A stretch of 48,786 bases of DNA from Octopus bimaculoides (lineage: Eukaryota). Made by a program: the position numbers and the translations under genes. The stretch is from contig NC_068986.1 of NCBI RefSeq assembly GCF_001194135.2, forward strand, positions 116,639,482-116,688,267, given 5' to 3'. How positions within the stretch are numbered: the stretch's first letter is position 1; each line of letters begins with the position of its first letter. This document shows positions 13,601 through 25,510 of the stretch, in pieces. The notes under the pieces were generated by a model that worked only from the letters and a program-made list of their open reading frames with translations, had not been told where the DNA came from and made no database searches.

Positions 13601-14595
13601 CCACCAGCACGAAGACCAGTCAAGCAGTACTGGCAACGGTCAAGCTCAAAATGGTGTATTTTACATGCCACCTGCACAGGAGCCAGTCCAGCGGCACTGG
13701 CAAAATTTTGTGTTAGTTTATGTTTCAAAAAAACACCAGCTTAATAATCGTTTCTACTACAGGTACAAAGCCTGACATTTTTGTGGTGGCCAGAGGTGGT
13801 AGGATGGGTGCTATCTGATTACATCAGCCCCAGTGCTCAACTGGTAGTACTTAGTTTATCTACCAAGGAAGGCAAAGCCAGTTTTGGCAGAATTTGAACC
13901 CAGAATGTAAAGAGCTGGAAGAAATGCAGCTAAGTATTTTGTTCAGCTAAAATTCGTTGAAATAAAGGCAGTGTATGCCTACAGAAATATGGTAACAAAA
14001 GGGTTAAATAATAAAATTTAACCACAAAGAATGAACAGCATTTCGTTCTCAAATACAAAGTTATGTAACAGTATCAGGAAATATTACAGTTTCTAATCCT
14101 GCATCCAGAATATCTGTCCTTTATATAGAATTACCACAGAACCTACTGTAAAATATATTATGTAATTTTACAATTTAGTACCTAATCACTTAAGACAAGG
14201 GAATGGAAAGACAAGAACCGTGTTTTCACCCATCAACTAATTCACAACATTAACATTAAAAGTGGAGATAATTATTCCAGTCCAATATTTACTGTTCGGT
14301 GTTTAATACGTAAATCTAGAGGGTAGACCAGTTGAAATCTAAAACAAATCATTTGATAATATTTTTTAAAATTTCAAATGTAACAATTTTTCAACATATT
14401 GGTTAAAGTTTTTCAATAAATCCTTTAGTATTCGAAACTGTAGAAGCAAGTTTAAAAATAAAAACAGTCAATTCTTTTATAGCATTAATGAATTACAATG
14501 GCCAAGTTGAGAAGGTAATCAGCCTATAGCTGATAGCCCTAAGAATTTGTGTCCCAGCGCCACTGGAGTATAGCTTTGAACAAAAACAAACCCGT

Positions 14596-14646
<51 letters not shown>

Positions 14647-17600
14647 NNNNNNNNNNNNNNNNNNNNNNNNNNNNNNNNNNNNNNNNNNNNNNNNNNNNNN
14701 NNNNNNNNNNNNNNNNNNNNNNNNNNNNNNNNNNNNNNNNNNNNNNNNNNNNNNNNNNNNNNNNNNNNNGAGAGAGAGTGAGAGAGAGAGAGTGAGAGAG
14801 AGAGAGTGAGAGAGAGAGAGTGAGAGAGAGAGAGAGAAATGAAAAAAAAAGGGGGGCAGTGAACTGGCATCATTAGTTTACAGCAGTGAAATAGCATTCA
14901 GCATCATCTTCGTTTAATGTCTGCTTTCCATGCTGGTTTGGGTTGGACGGTTTGACTGAGGACTGGCAAACCAGGGCTGCACCAGGCTCCAGTCCGATCT
15001 GGCAAGGTTTCTACAGCTGGATGCCCTTCCTAACACCAACCACTCCGAGAGTGTAGTGGGTGCTTTTTACATACCACTGGCATTGTAACTTAACTCAAGC
15101 ATTTATAACAATTTTTGCTTTCTGTTAAACATTTTCTTCAATATGGTGTTCAAGCAAACGAAATTCAGCAAATCTGAGAGAGTGAGAAAAGTGAAAGCAC
15201 AGAGAGAAATTTACCTCTGTCTTTATCACTTGCTGTGTGACCATATTACTGATTACACTACAGGGAAGCTGACATCATCAAATTAGATACTATAATTTGC
15301 TTCTGCTTGTTACCATATTCCTGTAGAAATACAGTGCCTTTGTTTCAACTTCAAAACTTATAAAGAGTTTAGCAAAATAACTCATTATGGAATATAAATC
15401 AACATGAAATTTTTTGATGGAATCTTTCAAATTGAATTTCTAAAGCAAGAAGTTTGAAAGATTCCAACTAAAAGCAGTGTCAGGCAGGATGGTACCAAGA
15501 GGGTTAACATTACTTATTTATCTCCACAGTACTGGCATGATAAGCTATTCAACTAACATGCAGCATAGTGAAGTGTCCTGCTTCGGTTTGATATCTGTGA
15601 CAAGAAAATAAACCCCACCAGAATTCAAATTATGAATAATTCATAGGACACATTATGTCAGATTCTTGGTAAAATAGACCAGCCTACAAGTGCTAAGTCA
15701 TTGATAAACTATCTCGAGTTAAAAAATAATATAGTTTAAAAAATAGCAGAAACAAATTACAGGATGTGCTTTGAAGAGACAGAACGATAGGCATACTACA
15801 ATGAAATTAGTAACACTGTTGTATAAGCAGGTGATAGACAAGGGTTTAGGCCTCATCAGTGAACTTGTTACACAATAAAAAACATTAATTTGAGACAAAG
15901 ATCAAAAGGTTTATTGGATTGGTTAAGAAAATTTATCTAGTCCATATAATATGTAAGTGCACTGATTTAAGTGGAGGCGCAATGACCCAGTGGTTAGGAT
16001 AGCGGACTCACAGTCATAGGATCATGGTTTCAATTCCCAGACCAGGTGTTGTGTGTGTTTGAGTGAAAACAAAGCTCCATGAAGCTCCAGCAGGGAGTGG
16101 TGGCGAACCCTGCTGTACTCTTTCACCACAACTTTCTCACCCTCTTTCTTCCTGTTTCTGTTGTACCAGTAATTCAAAGGGTCAGCCTTGTCACACTCTC
16201 AGTCATGCTGAATCTCCCCAAGAACTACGCTAAGGGTACACGAGTCTGTGGAGTGCTCAGCCACTTGCACGTTAATTTCACGAGCAGACTGTTCCGTTGA
16301 TTGGGTCAACTGGAACCCTCGTTGTCGTAACCGACAGAGTGCCGTAGTAGCATCAACTTAATATAGGATCATAGAATATGGTTGATTAAAATAGTTGCAC
16401 AAATGATAGCGGGAAGCTATGTGAAAGAGAGAAAGAGAGAAGGTCAAAAACACAAAATACTTGAATATTTAACAACAAATTGTCTGTGAACACTCATGAA
16501 GTGGGTCGAAATTTGCTGGTCATCAAGTCTCGTTTCATCAATATGAACCATTATATTAGAGATTTGTTTGACCGCTCTTTACATACCCCTATCAAAACCT
16601 CAGGTTTGCTTTCTTCTCACTAGAAAGCAACACTTATTAGATAAATAAACAAGAGCCATGACCACCCTATGAATTTGATTTCGGTGGCACATAAAAAGCA
16701 CCCACAACACTCACGGAGTGGTTGGCATTAGGAAGGGCATCCAGCTGTAGAAACTTTGCCAGATCAGATTGGAGCCTGGTGCAGCCTCCTGGCTTCCCAG
16801 ACCCCAGTCAAACCGTCCAACTCACACCAGCATGGAAAGCGGACGTTAAATGATGATGATGATGATTATTGGAAAGGGGGGGGGGGACAATGACAACAAA
16901 TATTAAGACTAACACTGGTTCAGGGAGTTAATAGTCACTCAAGCTGTTGCTAATGAATGCCCTTCTCTCTCAATGATATTCACTAGACTGGAGTCTGGTG
17001 CAGCCTTCCAGAATGCCAGCCTGGTCAAACCGTCCAACCCATGCCAGTATGGACAATGGACATTAAATGATGATGATGATGAACTAATAACACTGACCTT
17101 ACAGCACCTTGTATGGGATTGAGGTTCATGACAAAACTTCAGTGGATATGAACACAAGATTTCAGAAGATCATACATCATTATCATCTCAATTATATATT
17201 TCAACAAGATATATTCACTCATAATTAAAGTAATGCCTACAAAGATCCATGTGACTGTTAGATAAGTGATACTTTTCCAGATCAAAACAGAAAGCCAATT
17301 AGCATACACATGCACATGCCACTAATAGAACGTACTTCTCCCAGTATAAAAAGGAGATCCAAATAAATAGAACCAATAGGAAAAGTGACAACCATCCGAG
17401 ATGGTCAGCAGTTTGCATCATATTATGCTGGAACAAACCAAAACTGTTGATGAGCATAGTACTACATGTGGGTGGAATGGTCCACCACAGTAAACAGAAG
17501 TTGTGCAATAATGTAAACTGCATTTCATCAACCCAGCAGTCCCGAGTTCAAACCTTCATGTAAGCTTGAGCTATGATAGAAATACTAACACTGCTAAATA

Positions 17601-20600
17601 TAGAAGTAAACTAAAAGGATGAGGATTGCATCAGACAAGGAGGGCAAGTTATGGTAGCAATCACGTGTCAGTCACTCAAACTTTGATCCAAATGAGAACC
17701 AAGTTATAAATCACTTCCAGTTTCTAATTAGTTTCAATCAACTTTTAATTATTTCTACCTGATACTAACAACCAATATCACTCACCTGGCTTTCTGAGCT
17801 ACTCTACTGAGTTTTAAATTCTAAGCTGTTAAAGTCCAACTTAACATGAAGTTAACTCAACAAATTTAAAGAAGTTAACACATTTAAACTGACCAACTAA
17901 AGCAGCCAATCAAGACAGTGCTAACGAAGCAGCCTCTTCGTAATTAGTTGACCCGATAGAAGAAATTTTAAAAAAGGAACCGACACATTAGACAATGTAA
18001 TCAGAGATTCTGCCTGAAAAACTAGTCTGGGTGATCATAGCTGGTTTGGGGTGAAACCACAGGTAACACTAGTTCACTCTAGTTTCCTTAATCTTACCTT
18101 TAATAGTAGGGAAATAAACCTTTGACTGAGGACTGGCGAGCCAGAAGGCTGCACCATGCTCCAATCTGATCTGGCAAAGTTTCTACAGCTGGATGCCCTT
18201 CCTAATGCCAACCACTCCGAGAGTGTAGTGGGTGCTTTTACATGCCACCGGCACGAGGGCCAGTCAGGTGGCTCTGGCAATGACCACGATCAAAAGATGC
18301 TTTTTACGTGCTACCTGCACGGGAGCCAGTCCAGTGGCAATGGCAATGACCAGGCTCGAATGGTGTTTTTCACGTGCCACTGTCACATGCGATGGTAAGT
18401 CAACACTGGCAACGATTATGCTTGAATGGTGCCTTTTATGTGCCACCAGCACGGGAGTCAATCCGCAGCCCTGGCAACGATCATGCTCCGATGTGCTTTT
18501 AACATTCCACTGGCACGAGTGCCAATCGGGCAGTACTGTCATCGGCTGACTTTTAGGAGGAAAGCAAGGGGTTAAGAGCACCAAGTATAAATGTTAGGAC
18601 TAAGCATCAAGAAAATTACAGGATAGAGTCAGAGTAGTTTTTAAACACACTTGCATAAACTGTTTTATTTTCTTACAAGTACAATATTAGACGTCAACAA
18701 GTGTTGGTACATCTATAACCTAGTCACAAACTATTCCACCAGCTTTGCAGTGATAGTAGAATATAATAAGCATTAAAAAGTAAAGTGAGTATGAAAACAT
18801 GTGCATATTGTAATCAACAATCATAACTTGTGATGCAAAACGCCATCTCAGATTAGCTAAAAAAAAAAAAAAATTCAAAAAAATTCTTGGAAAACAAAAA
18901 TTAAATAAGCTTATTTACTCACTGTTTTTGTCGTAAATGTTCAAACTTAAATAAACCTTGGCTGTTAATGCTTAAAACAGGATGGTCATTTGTGAGAAAG
19001 TCAATCCGGAATGGTTCGGCTGTGATGACTACATGATTTGTTTCAAACGATAGAATTAAACTATTTTTGTCTTTAGATACTAATTTCAGGCTGAAATAAA
19101 CAAAAGATAAAGATTAATTACAAAAAAAAAAAAAAAAAAAAAATGCTGAGCACACACGATTCAACATTTTCCCTATACAGCATAATATACCATCACTTGC
19201 AAAAGTTAACCGAATGTTGAATTATAAAATGCAAGGTCTCTTAAAGAGAGTATCTTATTTACTGTTCCAGTCACTGGATTGTGGCCATACTGGGGCACTG
19301 TTTTTCTACAGTATAGTAGAGAATAACATGGGTGGTGTTGACTTTGTTGTGAAATGCAGCTCGTCAGCAAACTGAGCTTCTCCAAGTCTCATAACCTTAA
19401 ACCTATTCTTATCATTTGACCCATGCTAGCATGAAAGCCCAATATTAAACGATGATGATGATGATGTAACTCACTATCAATGCATTTGTCTCATCCATGG
19501 TAGATTCAGACAAGTCAGAGCTGCTGCAATGCATTCCTATAGTTGAAGGACTTATCCAGAGTTTGAGCACAAAATGAACAGGGAAAATATTTGATGTGAA
19601 TATAGTCAGTTTAAAGGGTTATGCATTTCAGAAACTATATAACCAGAAGTAAGACAACACATACAGGCTAAAATGTGTAGGTAACCAAATCTTAAGTTCT
19701 CGGATGGCACCAACTGGTCAGAACCACCAACAAGCCATCATCAAGATCTGCATCAAGTCAGAAAGATGCCGACAAGTTCAAAATAGCTCCAGAAAAAACT
19801 TATAAAGTTGAAGGCCACTATCAGTAAATGATCTCTTGGTGTTATCTGAGAAGAACATTTGTAACTTGGTTATAAGATGCTCGACAGCCAGTTAACAATA
19901 CAATGATCCTGGGGCCTATAATCAAACAGCACAAGGATTCAGCTGACATATTGTGAAGAAATATTGTTTCCACAAAGATTACTGAGGTTAACCAAGGTAC
20001 ACCTTACAGAACTGCACAACATCCCATAGAACTGGAAGCAAGACATTTGGCCATGTAGGACAGATCCATGCAAATTTCTGCCAGATAGCCATGGTGGATT
20101 TAAACAGGGGAATCAGAATTAACATGATAGGAATAACTTCTAGAATGGCCTTGGAAAATATCTACAGTCAGACATTCTCAAGGGAATTGTCCTCACTTCT
20201 CAATACAGTCAGAAACTCATGGAATGGAAGATACTCTTTTGTAAAAGAATAAAACCTTTGAAAATTATCAAGCATCTTCTACGATGCTAGTTGAGAATCA
20301 TAGGATAGTTAAATGGAAGAGCAACAAACCACCACCACCAACAAGCATGAGTGTTCTGCTGGTTTGCTTGCCAATTTTGATGATAGGCATTTAGCACGAG
20401 CTTGCTAAATTGTGAGGATGAAGGTCTGGTAACAATAAAAAGTTTTTCCCCAAAAAAATTACAGATCCAAAATCAAGATATGTCTTCTATTATGCAGTAT
20501 CTAGGAAACCACAAAATATTCAAGTTTTATGAACATATTTATGACAACTTCTTGGGTAAACATTCACTCAAGATGTTGCCAATGAGTGTCTTTCTCACTC

Positions 20601-23600
20601 TTTCTTCTTTAAAGGCAGTGATCCAGCATGGCCTTAACTAAAATAAGCACACATTTACTCCACCCTCTCATGCATAAAAAAATAAATAATGTAAAATAAA
20701 TCTAATTCAGCCAAAAATATGTTAAGGAGAGATAAACCACTGGAAACAGATTATTCTTTTCCTAGGTTTCAGTCATTGGATTGTGGTCAAGCTGGAGCAC
20801 CACCCTCTAGGGTTTAGTGGATTCCATCAACCCTTAGTACTTATATTATCAACGAACATGTATTCTTGTAATTGTGGTAAGATGAAAGACAATATGGTTT
20901 TGGATGTAAAAGGGACTTAACCTAATACCACTAAGTATTTTGTCTGACGCTCAACTGATTCTCTACATCCATCAGCCATAATAAAAAAAAGTTAATTCAA
21001 ATGTGGAGTTTATTAAGAAGCTGAAGGGAAGCTATAGACAAAGAAAGGGCCAAGATATTCATTAGAGAGGAAACAATAACGAGTCAGAAATCTAAGAACG
21101 GAATGGCAGGAAGAGAGAAAAGTTGATGTTAAATGTAAACTCTTGTTAATGAAGACTACATGCTATGTTGAAAATTAGGAAGATAATTAGGATTCAAAAT
21201 GAAATCTATAGCAACAAGCCAACAATGAAGCTTGTTTATGGTGACTTGATTTGTTGCAATCAGCAGTCAAATCTCCAATGTACCACACCTTACTATGTTA
21301 AGATGAATGCATTGTACAATATTAATCTTGATATAAAATAATGGGATGGTCACAGCTGGAAAGACTGATTTGTCTGCAAGATGTTGACTTAAACAAACAT
21401 CAAATAAATCTATAAATTATCTATATTTGTATAATCACAATTTTCTCATATGTTTTAAGAGGTGCAGGAGATTAAAGAATGTTTGGTAAAATTTAGTGTG
21501 AAATAAAATTAAAAAAGTAAAAAGATGGACACAAATTTTTCTAGATCAAATGAAAAAATCATACATGGAAACTAATTTTAAAATCCTTCTATCTTAGGAA
21601 ATTGGAAGCCCACAGTGGTACCGATAAAACACTTCTAAAAAAACAGAAAATATCCTCAACATCTTTCAGCCACACTAATGAGTAAGGTTCTTCAAAAACA
21701 CAAGGTCATAAATTTTTCACTGAAATTCTATTTAAATGAAGTCTAAAAATAATTGTTGATATTTAGACACAACCTACTTCAAAAGTATTTCACTATGAAA
21801 GTAAATATCAACAACAGGAATGCAATAAACATTTTCATAAACATGTTTAATGCAACCACATATCAACAATGTGATTCTTAATTCTTCAAACCACTAAAAA
21901 TACTATGTTCATCAACCTATCAGTTTGTCATCCTTGACTATACCAGAGTGTTTTAACCTTTTGTTACCATATTTCTGTTGAAATATGCTATCCTTGTTTC
22001 AATTAATTTTAGAAGTAGTGAAGAATTTAGTAAAATAACTGTCATTAAATTGGTGTTTGGAAAAGAAATTAACACAAAATGTTTTGATGGAAATTAACTT
22101 TCCATCAAAACTAAAACAGTTTCATAGATGCAGGGACGGTCTCAGGTGGATTAATACCAAAAGGGTTAAATTCCCCATTTATCTTAATCTCGCCAATTGG
22201 CCCATGAGGAGTGCCTTTAACAGAGTCTACCCTGTGGTAAAGATTCACATTTTCCAGTTTGAGGACAACCTTCATCGAAGACTTCCTACCACCATAACCA
22301 ATTAGTTACTATTTTTTCCTCAACCACCATTAATCTATGAAGCACTGCAAAAGGCTTTCGGAGCAGTTTCTTCTTCTCTATGATATAAATTCTTGAAATT
22401 AAAACCTCTTCACTCTCCTTCTACTCATTTAAGTAGATCATTTGTAAACATAACATGTTTATGTCTTGGGTTTAGAGCCTCATTAACAGTAGACGCCATC
22501 TGACAGAAAATACAGACTCTTGAAAGCTAAGAGGAATTTTTCTGCAGTTTGTATAAGGCTTGTAACACAAGCTAATTTGCAGGAGCTGTATAGAATAGAG
22601 TTGATTCTGATCTGTTAGTGGCTTGGAGTTAAATTGTCTAAATCATTCTTGGTTTTTAAGATGGTATGGTGTGATCTGAGGGAAAAATTTCTAGCAAATT
22701 GAGCGACCATGTAGTGAGATGGTAGATGGTGTTAAAATTTACATCAACCTGAACTATAATGAGCTCAACTTTGAGGATGGTCACCAGAAAGACGACGACA
22801 AAGGTTTATAATATCACAAAGTAGAAGAGATAATTCTACTAGATGGATAAAATGATAGTGTACTGTCAGTAACTTTTGAAAGTAAATTAATATCCCATCA
22901 TCATTTAACATGTTTTCTATGCTGGTAAGGCCAGGAGCTGTATCAGGTTCTGTTGTCTGCTTTGGTATGGTTTCTACAGTTGGATGCCTTTCCTAATGCC
23001 AACCACTTTGTTGGTGCTATGTAAAAAGTGCACTTGGTACTCTCAGCAGAGTCACCAAGTACCTTGCAAGACAAATCTCTCAACTGGGAGATCAGGGAGT
23101 AGTTTTAGGGGATGTGGCTTTGAGAGATTTAAGGTACAAGGGGGTATAGATATAGGTGTCTTGCTGTTGAGTAGAAACATGAATACCCCAGTTGGAAAAC
23201 AAAGGAGAGGAAGAGTGAGATAAAGAGAGTGATAGAGGAAGTGATGATGGCAGAGATGTGTCAAGGCATGCCCTTAGGGGACACTGGGGGTGGTGAGAAT
23301 AGGTGAAGTGATATGGAGGCTTGGGCAAGTGGACAGGATGAGGTGACTGTAGAGAAGTATAGGAGTGACTTGAGGTCAGGGTTTGCAGTAGATTTGTGAG
23401 GGCATTGAGGGTGGAAGCAGGTAGGTGAGGAGTTGATGGTGGAGGGCAGAGGAGGGACAGAAAGGAGGTGATTGGAGACAGTAGGTAGGGGGGAAAGGTA
23501 ACTGGGGCGGGAGTAAAGGTAACTGATAAAGCCAGGAGTGTAGTATGGGTCTCTTCCGCCCTCAGGTGATAGCGGAAGTGATGGGTGTTCGGGGATGATG

Positions 23601-25460
23601 TGGATGGGAGGAGGTGGTGGACGGGGCAGAACCCTTCATGGACATGCATTACAATGGTTTCAGGATATCAATTCTGTGGTGGTGGGCAGGTCACCAGATA
23701 TCTTGGTCTTTTGTCACCTTCTTCATGAGACTCAGCATTTTGAGATTAGTCTTTATTGGTCCCATGTACTTTAACACTTTTGTTACCATATTTCTGTTGA
23801 GATGCTGTGTGTTTCTTTCAATTAATTTTAAATACAACAAAGAATTTAGTAAAATAATTTAGTTATCACTAAGCTAGTGTTAGGAACATAAATTGTGACT
23901 AAGGTTTGGTGGAAGAATTTAATTCAAAACTTATGGAAACAAGACATTTATACTAGAGAGCCAGAGGCAGTTTCAGCCCGGTTAATATCGAAAGGGTTAA
24001 GCAATCAGCACTTCTTTATGCAATTTTCCTCATTCACAAGCATCACATGACCAAACCAGTGCAGTCTTCTCTTGCACACTGCATCTAATTCCTCTTATGC
24101 CCAATGCTTCTCTCAATACACTAGCGCACTGTTGCATATGTACACTGACATTGGACATCCAATGGAGAATAACAGGTTCATTTCTTTCTAGTCTTCACAT
24201 GTCCACTGCATTCAAGGCCCACATCTCGCTGCCATGTAGCATTGGTAGTCATACACATCCATCATAGAATCTTCCTTTCACTTGGGGAAAGAGACTTTTG
24301 GCAGCCAGAAGAGGTAAAAGCTCTCTGAACTTTCTCTATCGTATTATTCTGGTTAGGGAAATTTTTAAAAATGACATTAAACAATACTAACAATTTAAGG
24401 TTGTACATGGATTCACAATCCATGCCCTGATACTTGAAGTCAATCTAAGGATTCTGTTTCAGTTCTATAATTGGTTGCTGCAGGACTTTTTATTTTATTC
24501 AGAAAATGGAATTATTTCCTTTCAAATATAACCAGGAGCAGGTGTGGCAAGGAGTTTACTTCCCAACTACATGGATTTGGGTTCAGTCCCACTGCGTGGC
24601 ACGTAAGGCAAGTGTCTACTATAGCCTCTGTCTGTCATACATACACACATCTATGTTTGTGTCTCCCACCACTGCTTGACAACCAGTGTTGGTTTGTTTA
24701 TGTCCCCATAACTTAGCAGTTTGGCAAGAGGAACCAATAGAATAAGTACCTGGCTTAAAGAAAAAAAAAGAACCAGGGTAAAGTCATTCGATTAAAAATT
24801 CAAGGTATGCCCCAGCATGGCCATAGTCTAATGACTGAAACAGGTATAAAAAAAAAAAAAAAAAAAAAANNNNNNNNNNNNNNNNNNNNNNNNNNNNNNN
24901 NNNNNNNNNNNNNNNNNNNNNNNNNNNNNNNNNNNNNNNNNNNNNNNNNNNNNNNNNNNNNNNNNNNNNNNNNNNNNNNNNNNNNNNNNNNNNNNNNNNN
25001 NNNNNNNNNNNNNNNNNNNNNNNNNNNNNNNNNNNNNNNNNNNNNNNNNNNNNNNNNNNNNNNNNAGGGGGGGGGGGATATTGAACAATAAAATGTTATA
25101 GAAACAACTTTCTGTATACTGGTTAGGTTCTGTTAAGGTAGAGAGAGATAAGCATTTTGTTTAATTCTATGGTCATTAGACTATTTAAAGAGTTCAGAAT
25201 ACAGTGAGCCATGTTAGCAGAGACCATAAACAATAGAAAGGAAAAATAAATTTAAAAAACAGAGTATTTTAACCTAGAAACAATAACACATCTCAACAAA
25301 AACTGAAAACATGAAACACTTCAGATAGCTCGCATATGAATGATCGCCCAACATTTATAATGAAGAAACACTGAAATGCTTTTAAACATCACAATTAATA
25401 AATATTTCGTAAAGGAACAATCTTCGCTTTTGAACATTTCATTGATAAACAGGTTAACAG

Positions 25461-25510
<50 letters not shown>

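Noticed and set aside
15831-15865. Minus-strand CTGATGAGGCC hammerhead-like start (related sequence near 22465-22500)
   Set aside because: No GAAA after stem II and no stem I pairing; at most a heavily decayed remnant.
15971-16045. tRNA-like sequences at SINE heads
   Set aside because: A/B boxes are present, but each continues into a SINE body without a complete cloverleaf; not tRNA genes.
18232-18550. Repeat-spacer-like array resembling CRISPR
   Set aside because: Eukaryotic intron, no cas genes, degenerate repeats, and the 'spacers' are homologous to each other. It is part of a LINE 3' UTR.
19620-20400. Decayed coding-like sequence (also 32430-33300)
   Set aside because: Probably old LINE debris, but I could not identify an ordered diagnostic motif to assign a family.
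23092-23649. 185-aa Pro/Ser/His/Leu-rich ORF on the minus strand
   Set aside because: Falls in the pyrimidine-rich 3' UTR of a decayed RTE; low complexity, no domain. An initial Penelope GIY-YIG idea was dropped once the RTE ORF2 end was found adjacent.
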